Below, in pieces: positions 12,051-27,193 of a DNA stretch of 64,000 nt; within the stretch, counting starts at the first letter, position 1; each line of letters starts with the position of its first letter. The translations under genes were made by a program, and so were the position numbers. The DNA lies in NCBI GenBank assembly GCA_000004695.1, contig CM000150.2:3840001-3904000 (forward strand), written 5' to 3'. The DNA comes from Dictyostelium discoideum. Lineage: Eukaryota. The notes under the pieces were generated by a model, which saw nothing but the letters and a program-made list of their open reading frames with translations, had not been told where the DNA came from and made no database searches.

Positions 12051-13851
12051 ATTCAAGACAATATTTAACCAATTCATCAAAATTTGGTAAACCTAAACCA
12101 GTTACTGGATCCCAACCACTTTTAGATTTAAAACCATTGGTACAACATTTATAATTATTTTCACCAAAGTCAATATCAAGGAAAGAGTTTGGATGATCTC
12201 TTGCAATTTTATAAAGTAATGGATTGAAAAGACCAATTGGACTTTGATTTTTTTGTAATCTTTGGTCGTTAATTAATGATAATAAGCCGGCAATAATTGG
12301 AGCTGATGCAGAAGTACCTCCAATTGGCATCAATTTGTCTTTGTAGAGTATAACGACATTTTCTGAGAAAGATGAGATATCAGGGAAACCTCTTCCAGAT
12401 TGATTGTAGAAACTAGAGAGAGAACCGTTTAACCACTCGATATAGGAAGAACATTCATCCACTTGATACCATGGACGGGAGAAATAGTTACTAAAACCAC
12501 CACCAGATATTTCATCACCAATGATACTGCCATCCTTCTTTTTAATTACCCCCCCAACTGCCAATACAAAACGGGAAGATGCTGGCCAACCTGGTGAAAA
12601 TGAATCACAATCATCATTACAACCAACACCAAAATCACCACTTGAGAATACTATTGTTCTACCCATTGCTGCGTATTTCTTAAATTCAGTATCTACACGA
12701 TCAGTATATGCCAATCCAATGGAAGATTCATCATCACCATAGGAAATACTATGAACCAATGGTAATTTTGGATTTGATGATAAATCAACTAACCAATCTA
12801 AAAATGGTTCTTGACCTTCATGTAACCCACCTGTACTCACGATCCAAGTGGGTACATCTGGTGCCATTGCCATGATGTATTGAATATCCAATGCCGTTTC
12901 AATACCTGGATTCAAATTTTGATTTGGTCCAATTATATTATCGACTTGAGATGGTTCCAAACCAAAACGATATTGAAAAATTTTTAGATCACTTGGTGAG
13001 AAATACTCTTTAAGAAACTGAGCGATAGCTTGAGAATTACCAAGATGAGTTGAATTGGTACTGGTTTGACTTACATTCATCTCCTTTCTAATTAAATCTG
13101 GTGATAAGTATGGATCACCATTTCTTGCAGCAACTTTCTTATCATTAAATGATTTAATTTGTTTATTATTTCTTAATGATTCTAATTCATATCCAATACC
13201 ATTAACTTTACCACCACCACCACCACCAGCACTACCACTGCTTTCTTTTGGTCTGGGTGACAATAATGGTAAATGATTTACACCACCAATGAAATCAATA
13301 TGATCATAAAGTTCTCTTGGAATAGTGTAAGGATCAAGAGAACGAAAGAATGATTGTTTGGATAATTTATGTACCATTTTATTATATCTAACCGATAGTA
13401 ATTCTTCTGCTTTATCAATAGAAACAATGGTACGAATGAAATCGCCGCTTTTTGTCACTGTGAATTCATTTATATCATTTTCAATTAACCAATTCTTTAC
13501 AGCATCAATTGATTCATCCAATGGTTTAACCCATTCTTTAATCTCTTCAAAAGTTTTATAACTTCCATACAATGAATCATTTGGATCACTAACTCTCCAC
13601 ACGAAATCTTCCAACTCAACGATATTTCTTTGTCTAATTCCAAATGTTAATTCAATTTGGGCGGAAAATATATTTTCAATTTCTGTAATTTTCCAGACTT
13701 TCTTATTCAATGAAATTGGCTTGGAATGTTCAACAAATCTTCTTAACCTTTGGGGTGTCAAATGTTTTTTATTTTTAATTTTTTTACAATTTACATTTGA
13801 AATAAATAAAATGAATAAAATTATAATTATTAAATTAAATTTAATATTCAT
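12049..13851 (-). CDS. tpp1: Sedolisin / tripeptidyl-peptidase I-like serine peptidase (family S53) with signal peptide and pro-domain; single exon
   Basis: 600-aa ORF. The N-terminal signal peptide is MNIKFNLIIIILFILFISNVNC. The S53 catalytic serine motif is GGTSASAPIIAGLLSLIND, and the upstream D/E/H region (SGDFGVG, QYIMAMAP) is typical of CLN2/TPP1 homologues. The symbol is at family level only (D. discoideum has several tpp1 paralogues). Confidence 0.8.
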
Positions 13852-13990
13852 TTTATTTATTTATTTATTAATTTATTTATTTTTTTTTTTTTAAACAATA
13901 ATTTTTTATTATTAAAAATAATAATAATAATAAAAATAAAAAAAGATATATGAATAAATAAATAAATAACAATTAATGGAAAAAAATATA

Positions 13991-14050
<60 letters not shown>

Positions 14051-14149
14051 TTAAGAGTGCTATATTAATTTATTAAAAAATTAATTAATTATTATTATAT
14101 AAAATAAAATAAAAATAAAACCATTTTTATTATCATTGTTGTAGAATTT

Positions 14150-14183
<34 letters not shown>

Positions 14184-14699
14184 CGCACACCCAATTAAAC
14201 AAATTTTTTTGTTTATTTGTTTCTTTTTTTTTTTTTTTTATCACTCATTTGATAGGGCATATTTTTTAATAATATTTTAATTTTATTTTTTTTTTTCATT
14301 TACCACACCATTAAATAAATATTATGTCACAATTTCATTTTTTTTTTTTTTTTAATTTTAATTTTTTTTTTTTTTTTTTATTGTTTACAGTAAATGATAT
14401 AAATGATTATTATTTATTTTAATTTTTATTGATTCGTTGATATTAATTTCTTTTTTTTTTTTTTTTACTATTTTCACTTATTTTTTACTATTTTCACAAT
14501 TTTTTTTTTTTTTATTTTTTTTCAATTTTTTTTTTTTGATTATGGCATCAACCCAGTGGCTTGAACGCTATAAAAAAAAATCTCACAGTGTTTTGAAAGT
14601 TCACATTCCAAAATAAAAATTTTTTTTTTTTTAAATTTTTTTTTTTTTTTTTTTTTTTTCAAAATTTTTGTTTTTTTTTCAATTTTTTTTTTTTTTTTA

Positions 14700-14730
<31 letters not shown>

Positions 14731-15201
14731 CATAGTCCTGATTATTACATCTTTTTGTATGTATCTTTTTTTTTCATATTCAAATATTTTTTGTATGTTC
14801 AAAAAAAAAATTTTTTTTTATTTTTTTTATTTCAAAATCACATTTTTTTATTATTTATATATTTCTTTTTTTTTTTTTTTTTGTTCATACTTAAACAAAA
14901 CACAATAAATTATTACAAATCAAATAATCGAGAAAAAAAAAAAAATAAAAAAATGATCACAAAAAAAAAAAATAAAAAAATAATCACTAAAAAAAAAAAA
15001 AAAAATAATCACTAAAATAAATAAAATATTTTAGATATTTTAAATAACAATAAATTTTAAAAAATAAAATAAAATAAAACAAAAACTTAAATGAACATTG
15101 TTTAATCAGAAAACGAAATTTTAAATAAAAAAAAAAAAAAAAATAATAATAAAATATCATATTTATAATAAACAATTTCAAATTGATCTAACATTATTTT
15201 C

Positions 15202-15232
<31 letters not shown>

Positions 15233-15246
15233 AATAGAAAACAAAA

Positions 15247-17504
<2,258 letters not shown>

Positions 17505-18726
17505 ATTAACTTCCAAAACTAAAAATAATTATATAATATTCAAATACTAAGAAAAAAAAAAATAAAAAAAAAAATAAATGTGTTCAATCACTTATAATAT
17601 AATAGTAATAAAAAAAATAATAAAAATATTCAAGTTTTAAATGTAAAAAAAATATTTAACAATAAATTTTAATTTTCTTTTTGTTGGATCGATTTGATAA
17701 TATAATTTGTTTTAAAAAATATTTTGGAAAATCTAAACAAAAAAAAAAAACTCAACTTTTTTTTTTCGAAAAGAAAAAATTTATATACACATAAAAATAT
17801 ATAAAAAAAAACGACATAAAATAAAAAAGGAAGAAATAAAGTGAATACAAAGGCAATTAATTTTTTTTTTAAAATATATTTTTTATTTAAACTTAATAAG
17901 GACATTATGGAAAAAAGAAAAAGAAACCCGCAATATAAAGAAAAGGATAATTAGTAATTCGAGTCATTTTTATATGTAATTTTTTTAAAAAAACCCAATG
18001 TTTTTGAATAATTAGGATCAGAGTTTTTGGCTTAATAAAATATTAAATCTTATCTTGTCAATCACAGTCGTGTCGGACGGGGAAAGAAATCATCATTTAA
18101 ATTATTGTTTTTTCCGGTTGGGTTTTTTAATATTAAATTAACTTACAATTGAAAAAAAGAAAGAAAAGCAAGGAAAGATCTATAAGGAAACAGAAAAGAA
18201 AAAAAGCTATAATTAAGTTAGATAAAATTCTTATAATTTTTTTTTATTTTTTTTAAAAAAAGAAATAAAATATTATTTTTCTCATAAAGGACCTTTGGTC
18301 AAGGTTAAGTTTTGCATCAGCAATGGTGTTGCAGAGTGGTGCAATGTGTTTTAATCATTGGAATAGTATGAAATTTTTTTTTTATTTTTTTATTTGTGTT
18401 TTAAATTAACTTACATAGAGAGAAAAAAGCAAAAAAACCGAAGGAAGGAAAGTTGTGAAATAAAAAAAAAAAAAAAAAATAAAAAAATGCACCTTATAAA
18501 CCAAAAAAAAAAAAAAAAAAAAGCACGAAAAAAAAAGAAAAAAATTAAAAAAAAGTAAAAAATTTTTTGATCAAGAAAATGTTACGTGACCAATTGTCAA
18601 TTCGTATTTTATACGTTTGGTATATAATTTAACGTTAGAATATTTTTTTATTTTTTTTTATTTTTTTTATTTTTTTTTGTTTTTTATCTATCTTTTATTT
18701 ATTGTTTGTTATTGTTTACTATTTTG

Positions 18727-18777
<51 letters not shown>
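18727..18777. repeat. (ATT)n microsatellite, intergenic
   Basis: Direct read. Confidence 0.9.
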
Positions 18778-18989
18778 TTTTTTTTTATTTTTTTTTTTTT
18801 ATTTTTCATCATTATTATTATGATAATAAAATTTATTAAATAGTGAGGCAAATAAATTTTGGTAGGGGGTTGTTTTTTATGTTTTTGGGGTGCACAGTTA
18901 TGTGCGTGTGTTAATCACATATATTCTTTTTTTTTTTTTCTATTTTTAATTTCTATGGGTTTAACACCACTAATCACAGTTGTAAATTG

Positions 18990-19045
<56 letters not shown>

Positions 19046-19105
19046 ATAAATAAATATATATACACAAGTTAACAATAACTTTATAAATCCAAACAAACAA
19101 AAATA

Positions 19106-19139
<34 letters not shown>

Positions 19140-19397
19140 ATAAATATAACCTTTTTGTGAATCTGTATTCTAGTAATAATTTTTTTTTATTTTTTTTTTT
19201 TTTATTATTATTTTTATTATTATTATTATTTTTATTATTATTATTTTATTTATATTAAAATATTATTATTTTCTCCACACAATATACATATTTAATTATT
19301 CTATAAATAATTATTTGTTTGAAAAAAAAAAAAAAAAAAAAAAATTCAAATAAATTTTAACCTTTAAAACTATTTTAATAAAATTAATTATAATAAA

Positions 19398-21680
19398 ATG
19401 TTTTTAAAAAAATTACTTAAAGGTAGTTCAAATTCTACTAGACCAAGAGGCGCAACATTTAATGGAATTTATACAGGTGGTGATAATTTAAGTGGCTCAT
19501 CAGAACAAAATTATAATAATAGTTTGACAACTTCAACAAAGCAAACAAATAGGCAAACATTATTATTAAAATCAATGGAATATATTAATGGGTCAAGTAC
19601 TTATTATGGGAATTATATGGATTATTTTGATATTCCAGTTCAATTATTTGTTGGTGGTGAACAATCTGAAATTTATCCAATGTTATCATATAATCAAAGT
19701 TTAAAATCATTAATATTGGATTTCAATAAAATTACAGAAATACCCGATTGTATTACACTACTTCCAAATTTAAATCATCTTTCATTGGCAGCAAATCAAT
19801 TAACACATGTGCCTGAATTTCTCTCACAATTAAAATCATTGGAAACTTTTGAAATTGGTATTAATCAATTCACTTGTTTCCCTTTAAACGTTTGTAAAAT
19901 TAAATCATTAACTTCTCTTCATTTAGAAACAAATAATATTAAATCATTACCTGAAGAATTTTTAAATTTAGTAAATTTAAAGGTTTGTTTTTTTTTTTTT
20001 TTTTTTCAATTATTTATTTTATTTAATTAATAAAACTAAAATTATATTTATTAATTCTTATTTTTTTATTTTATTTTTTTTTAGGATTTATCATTATTTG
20101 ATAATCAATTAAAAGAAATACCAGATTCATTACCAAATAATATTGAAAAATTAAATTTAGGATGTAATGATATTAGTAGTTCAAAATCAGATTCATTAAT
20201 TAGAATATCACATAGTTTAACAACATTAAATTTATCAGAGAATAAAATTGAAGAGTTGGATGAATCATTATCATGTTTAGTTAATGTTAAAACGTTAATG
20301 TTGGATTGTAATATGATTAAAGTTATACCAGGATCAGTATTAGGTTCATGGAAATCATTGGTAACTTTAAATTTACCACATAATTTAATTTCAGATTTAC
20401 CCCCAGAGGTAATTTTATTAAGTAATCTTAGAATAATTGATCTTAGAGGTAATAATTTTGAAAATTGTAAAAAATTAATACCAACTGAATCTTCCACACC
20501 TATTTCATTTAAAATTGAAGATTTTATTCAAAATAAAGAAAGAATTAATTCATTAAAATTTGATAATATTGAAATTTTACCAACAACAAATTCAATAATT
20601 AATAGTAACAATAATAATTATGAAGTTATAACAACAACAGCAACAACTAAAAATATAATTGAGAATAAAGAAGATAATGATGAAAAATTATTAAATAATT
20701 CAACAATTTCAATAGTTTTGGATTCAAATAATAAAAGTGAAAATAATGAAATTAATGAAAATAATCAACTATTAACTACTGATGATGATTATAATACCGA
20801 TAAAAATGATTCATTTACCGAGAGTGAAGATATAATTAAAAAAATTCAAATTGAATTAGATTCAATTGAAATTCAACAAAAACAACTTTTACTTAAACAA
20901 ATTAAATTAAAAGAGAAAATGAAAAAAGAGAAAAATAAATTATTTAAATTTCAACAACAAGAAATAATACATCAAGAACAATTACCACAATCAAAACCAG
21001 AAAATGAAAAATTAACAAATATACCAGAACAACAACAAAAACAACAACAACAACAACAACAACAAGAAGTTCAACAACCAATAATAACACTAACAAAATC
21101 AACAAGCAGTAAAGTGGAAGTTGAAATGATTGTACCAAATCAATTAATATTTTGGCAATCAATTGTACCAGATTTAATTATTGATAAATTGTATTTAGGT
21201 TGTAGAGAATGTGCAATGAATAAATCTTGGTTAAAAGATAATAATGTTACTCATATTTTAACTGTTGCAAATTTTAAACCATTATATCCAGATGTATGTT
21301 AATTTTATTTATTATTATTAATTATTATTTCCAATAATTTTAAAAAAATATTAATTTGTACTATTATTTTTATTAATAATTTTTAGTTATTTAAATATTT
21401 AATAATAAATATTGAAGATGTTGATGAAGCAAATATTTATCAACACTTTAAAGAAATGAATGCGTTTATTGATGAAGGTAGAGAAAAAGGCGGAGTTTTA
21501 ATTCATTGTAGAGCTGGTGTTAGTAGAAGTGCAAGTGCAACCATGGCTTTTATAATGATGAAAAATTCTTTGAAATTCCAAGAAGCATTTGATATCACTA
21601 TAAAAGGAAGACCTAGGATTTATCCAAATATTGGTTTTATAAACCAATTAAAAAAATTTGAAAAGGATTTATTTAAATAA
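19398..21680 (+). CDS. mpl: Leucine-rich-repeat + dual-specificity phosphatase protein (MPL-family, MAP-kinase-phosphatase-with-LRR-like), paralogue A; exons 19398..19982, 20085..21293, 21387..21680
   Basis: Exons 1-2 carry LRRs (LxxLxLxxNxL repeats: LILDFNKITEIP, LSLAANQLTHVP, LHLETNNIKSLP, LNLSENKIEEL, LNLPHNLISDLP). Donors are GTTTGT at 19983 and GTATGT at 21294; acceptors are AG at 20083-20084 and 21385-21386. Exon 3 has the DSP catalytic loop VLIHCRAGVSRSAS (HCxxGxxRS). All exons are in phase 0. The symbol is at family level only; paralogue A cannot be assigned to mpl1/2/3 from sequence. Confidence 0.85.
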
Positions 21681-21765
21681 AAAAAATAAAAAAAAATAAA
21701 AAATTATTAAATAATTCATTTACTTTATTTTATTTTTATTATAAAAAAAAAAAAATTAATGATTA

Positions 21766-21805
<40 letters not shown>

Positions 21806-22238
21806 GATCGAAATAATTTTTTATTTTATTTTATTTTTTTTTTTTTTTTTAATTAATTAATTTTTTTTTTTTTTTGAGACATAAAAAATTAATTAATTTA
21901 AAGATTAGTTTTTTTAAATCTAAATTGGAAATTAATTTCTTGGCGTCCAATTAAATCAATTTAATTATTTTTTAAATAAAATGGGATGGATTAAAATAAA
22001 TTATTTGTAGGAGAGTTATTTTAGAAAAAGTGTTAATATTTCATAATCAAACCACTCGTGTGTTGATCAAAAAAAATTTTTTTTCTTTTTTTTTTTTTTT
22101 TTTTTTTTCCTTTTTTTTTATTTTTTTTTTTTTTTTTTCCTTTTTATTTTTTTTTTTATTTTTTTTTTTTCAATTAAAATTTTTTAAAACAACTGCCACA
22201 ATATATCTATTTTTATTTTTTTTTTTTTGTGTGATATT

Positions 22239-22284
<46 letters not shown>

Positions 22285-22509
22285 TTTTTTTTTGTAATTA
22301 CAATAAATCAACAATAATTTAACAATAAAGAATAAAATAAAAAAATAAAACCAAATAAAAAAAAAAAAACCAAATAAAAAATAACAACCAGATATAAAAA
22401 ATAACAGCGGGATAAAAAATAAAAAAAATAAAAAAAAATTATAAAAAAAAAAAAAATTAAAAAAAATTTATAAGATAAAAAAAATAAAAATAAAAAATAA
22501 AATAGACTA

Positions 22510-22612
22510 ATAAATCATATAAATAAATAAATCATATAAATAAATAAATTATATAATAAATAAATCATATAAATAAATAATTAAATAAAATAAATCAAAT
22601 AATTAAATAAAA
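22510..22612. repeat. Tandem ~17-mer repeat (aatcatataaataaata x4-5, degenerate) immediately upstream of the ATG of MPL-like paralogue B
   Basis: Direct read of 22510..22612. Confidence 0.7.
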
Positions 22613-22623
22613 TAAATTAAAAA

Positions 22624-25313
22624 ATGATATTTAAAAAATTATTTTCAAAAGGTAGTACATCACCAACAACAAGACCAAGAGGAGCTACATTTAGTGGTAC
22701 ATTTCCAACAGATGTATTAAGTGATGATGGTAGTGGTACCAATACAAATGGTTTATCAAATTCAACAACCAATCCATCATCAATACATTCAACACCAACA
22801 ACACCAACAACAACAGCATCAACTAATTTAACAAATTCAAATAAATTATCAACATTGGCACCAATTACAAATGGAAATCGATCATTAAGAGGTAGTAAAG
22901 ATGGTAGTGGTACTACAAAAGAGAGTAAAAAAAAAGTATTGACACTAAATGAAAAACAAAAATTATTATTAAAATCAATGGAATATATAAAAGGATCAGG
23001 TACTTATTATGGTAACTATATGGAATTCTATGAAATTCCAATTCAAATCTATGTTGGTACTGAACCATCTGAAACCTATCCATCATTATCATACAACACA
23101 GAGTTAAGATCATTAATATTGGATTTCAATAAAATCACTGAAATTCCTGAACAAATAGGCCTCCTTCCAAATTTAAAACATTTATCATTGGCTGCAAATC
23201 AATTGTCTCAAGTACCTGAATTTCTCTCACAATTAAAATCTTTAGAATCTTTAGAACTTGGTATTAATCAATTCACTAGTTTCCCTTTAAATATTTGTAA
23301 AATTAAATCATTAACTTTACTTCGTTTAGAAACAAATAATATTAAATCATTACCTGATGATTTTATAAATTTAGAAAATTTAAAGGTTTGTTTTTTTCAT
23401 TATTCTTTATTATTATTTTTACATATTTTAATTTATTAATTTTTTTTTTTTTTTTTAAATTTTAATTTTAGGATTTATCATTATTAGATAATCAATTAAA
23501 AGAAATACCAGATTCATTACCAAATAATATTGAAAAATTAAATTTAGGATGTAATGATATTATTAATTCTTATTCTAAATCATTAATTAGAATATCACAT
23601 AGTTTAACAACATTAAATTTATCAGAGAATAAAATTGAAGTTTTAGATGAATCATTATCATGTTTAGTTAATGTTAAAACATTAATATTAGATTGTAATA
23701 TGATTAAAGTTATACCAGGATCAGTATTAGGTTCATGGAAATCATTGGTAACTTTAAATTTACCACATAACTTTATTTCAGATTTACCTGCTGAAATAGT
23801 TACATTGGATAATCTTAGAATCATTGATCTTAGAGGTAATAATTTTGAATTTTGTAAAAATTATCCATCAAGTGAATCTTCATCAATTCTATTCAAAATT
23901 GAAGAGTTTATAAAAGATAAAGAGAAATTAAAATCTTTAATTTTAAAAGAAAATCTTGAAATTTTATCAAAATTAAAAGATGATAATTCAACTACTACTA
24001 CCACTAATATCAACTCTAATCTTGATGTACCAATTATTATTACAACAAATATTGAAACAATACCAACAACATCAACAACAGCTACAACAACAGAAACAAC
24101 AAATGATATCACCTTTAAAATATCAGATATAACTGAAATAATAGAAAAAACAGACACAACAACAACAACAACAACGACAAACCAAACCGATAATGTAAAA
24201 TTAGAAGAAAAAGTATATGAAAAACAAGAGAATGACGAAAATAATAGTGTAACATTAGAAACAACTACTACAATATCTATTGCATCTGATAATACTGATG
24301 AGGCATCTATTCAAATACCCCAAAAGGAAGATGGAGATAAAGAAAATCTTGAAAACGATGATAAATTACTACAAGAATCATTTTCTGAAAATAACAATAA
24401 CAATAACAATGAAAAACAACAAGAACAACAAGAGAATCCATTAAAAGAAAGCCAAGGAAAGATTCAGCAACTTGAAGAGGAATTAGAAAAACTTGAACAA
24501 AAACAACTTGAATTAAAAGATAAAATACGATTAGAGAAAATTAAATACCAAGAGATTCAACAACAATCTCCAAGATTATCTCAACAAGAAAACAATCAAG
24601 AAGCTATTGTTGTTAATACACAACCATCATCTCCACCACCAACAATTATTGTAAATGAACAAAAATCAGAGAAATTAGAAAATGAAAAACCAACTAAAAG
24701 AGAACAGCCAATGGTTGTAGTTACAAAAAATAATAATAAGGCAGAAGTTGAAATGACAGCACCTAATCAATTAATATTTTGGCAATCAATTGTACCAGAT
24801 TTAATTATTGATAAATTGTATTTAGGTTGTAGAGAATGTGCAATGAATAAATCTTGGTTAAAAGATAATAATGTTACTCATATTTTAACTGTTGCAAATT
24901 TTAAACCATTATATCCAGATGTATGTTAATTTTATTTATTATTAATTATTATTATTATTTATTTCCAAACTTGTATTAACTTTTTTATTTTTTTTTTTAT
25001 ATAAATTTCATTTTTTTAGTTATTCAAATATTTAATTATTAATATTGATGATGTTGATGAAGCAAATATTTATCAATATTTTAAAGAGATGAACACGTTT
25101 ATTGATGAAGGTAGAGAAAAAGGCGGAGTTTTAATTCATTGTAGAGCTGGTGTTAGTAGAAGTGCAACTGCAACAATCGCTTATATAATGATGAAAAATT
25201 CAGTTAAATTCCAAGAAGCATTTGATATCACCATAAAAGGTAGATCTAGAATTTATCCAAACAGAGGGTTCCTTAACCAATTAAAAAAATTTGAAAAAGA
25301 TTTATCAAAATAA
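22624..25313 (+). CDS. mpl: LRR + dual-specificity phosphatase protein (MPL-family), paralogue B, tandem to paralogue A; exons 22624..23385, 23472..24920, 25020..25313
   Basis: Exon-intron structure and phases are identical to paralogue A (donors GTTTGT at 23386 and GTATGT at 24921). The LRR block is highly similar. The T/N/E/Q-rich linker is longer. The last ~60 aa of exon 2 and exon 3 are nearly identical to A (EVEM..PNQLIFWQSIVPDLIIDKLYLGCRECAMNKSWLKDNNVTHILTVANFKPLYPD | LFKYLIINI.DVDEANIYQ.FKEMN.FIDEGREKGGVLIHCRAGVSRSA). The symbol is at family level only; paralogue B cannot be assigned to mpl1/2/3 from sequence. Confidence 0.85.
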
Positions 25314-25845
25314 AATAAAATAAAATAAAATAAAATAAACAAATACTTTCTAAAAAAAATTTTTGTTGGTTGTTCATTTATTTATAGTCTTTAAATTACA
25401 GGGACTTAATTTTTTTTATTGCCAAGATGCTGTTTTGGTTAAAGCGGCTGTGAATTTTATTTAAATTATGTTAAATATTATTTGACACAAATTTAAGATA
25501 ATTTTATATTGTAATGAAGTGAAAGAGGTTTCATTAGAAATGTAATGATTCACCATATTAAAACTAATATGGATTTATGTATTGATATATATTAATATGG
25601 AAATCATAAGGATCATAATATAATTCAGTTACTAGTCATAATCGACTTTAGAAGGCTAATCCTGGTACTCAAAAATTATAATATAAATACTCTAAAAGTA
25701 TTAAATAAAAATCATTGTGGTTTCTTTTCTATATTAAATATACAAATAAACTATTCATCTCTTATTTGTTTATCTTACTATATTAATTATATATTAACTT
25801 CAATAAAGAACTAAACCTGATTTTTTATTCAAAAAATATCACAAA

Positions 25846-25917
25846 TCCTTGTTGGTCTAGTGGTGAGGATTTTCGCCTGTCACGCGAAAGGCCCGGGTTC
25901 AATTCCCGGACAGGGAG
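25846..25917 (+). tRNA. tRNA-Asp (anticodon GUC)
   Basis: The 72-nt sequence tccttgttggtctagtggtgaggattttcgcctgtcacgcgaaaggcccgggttcaattcccggacagggag has a cloverleaf. The acceptor stem is tccttgt/acaggga (one G-U), the D-loop is AGTGGT, the anticodon loop is cctGTCacg, the T-loop is GGTTCAATTCC, and the discriminator is G. It is very similar to eukaryotic tRNA-Asp-GTC. Confidence 0.92.
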
Positions 25918-25924
25918 CTTTTTG
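25918..25924 (+). terminator. RNA polymerase III terminator T-run (cttttt) immediately 3' of tRNA-Asp
   Basis: Direct read of gggag|ctttttgg. Confidence 0.7.
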
Positions 25925-25932
25925 GAATAAAA

Positions 25933-27146
25933 CTAAAATCCGAACTTCCGATTATTTATATTGCTATTCATATTATTAATAAATTTTGAATTTTGTTTTT
26001 TCTTTCTAATAATATAAATAGTTGAAATTAAAACTACAGCAACAAAAGCAGTACACCCAACGACGATACCAGCTATTTTTGTTCCAGATAAACTACTATT
26101 TGATTTTGAACAAATTGAATTATTATCTTCCGTGGAAGCTGAAAGTAATACTGAAAAGTCTGGATCTATTTTTGCTGATTTTTTAAAATTTGGGATTTCA
26201 ATTCCAATAAAAGATTGAGATTGATAAGAACTTTCAATAGGATTGAAAGTAGAATCTAATAATACATTTTCAATTGATTTGGCATTGTTGTCTATTAAAG
26301 CTCTTTTTATGAAACGACCATAGACTGAATGATTATCAACTTGAACCTTAGATAATTTGAATCGTCACCATTAGAAGTATTACCAAATTGTTTGGATGAA
26401 CAAATATCTTTGGTCTTTGATGATTCTAATAAAGTTGACATTACCAATTGTAAAGTATTCAATTGGCTTTTAAAATTGTACGAAGTCATTTCAATTGTAT
26501 ATTTCAAGGTTGATGGGTTCATTATTAAATTTTGATTTGCAAATTGAATTGATTTGGTTTGATTAAACCATTCAATTGTTACACTAATGTTTGTTACTTT
26601 GTTTGAACCAGATATAATATTGGTAAAATATTGATTGTATGGTAATTCTGGATAAATAGCAGAAATACTATCATAGTATTGACCTTTTATTATTTTTAGT
26701 AAAAAGAATAAAAAAAAAAAATTAATTAATTATTTAAATTAAATTGGAAAACGGTATTTTTTTTTTCCTTACCAAATGGATTATTAATAACAAGATCTTT
26801 TTTATTTGAAATATTTGATATTGATATTGTCAATGAATCGATATTTGTTGTAGTTGTAAAGCCAGACATTGTAATACTCATAATATTTGTATTATGTACT
26901 ATTGATGATGTGCAAGATATTGAATAACTAACCCCAACTGAACTATCATAAAAAATTGATGTATCCAATCCTTCAAGTTTTAAATATCCTGCTATATTGT
27001 AAGCTGAAAAAGTATTACTAAAACCATTAACCAAAACAGGACTTAAAGTTAAAATATCCGTAGCTAAATTAAAATAATCTTAGTATATGTTCAAAACAGG
27101 GTATATAAAAAATGATAATAATAAAAATAATAATAAATAATAATAA

Positions 27147-27193
<47 letters not shown>

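Noticed and set aside
14668-15181. ORFs 14668..15015+ and 14987..15181- in poly-T/poly-A DNA
   Set aside because: Homopolymer translation (poly-F/poly-K) in the atp5b upstream region, with no coding signal.
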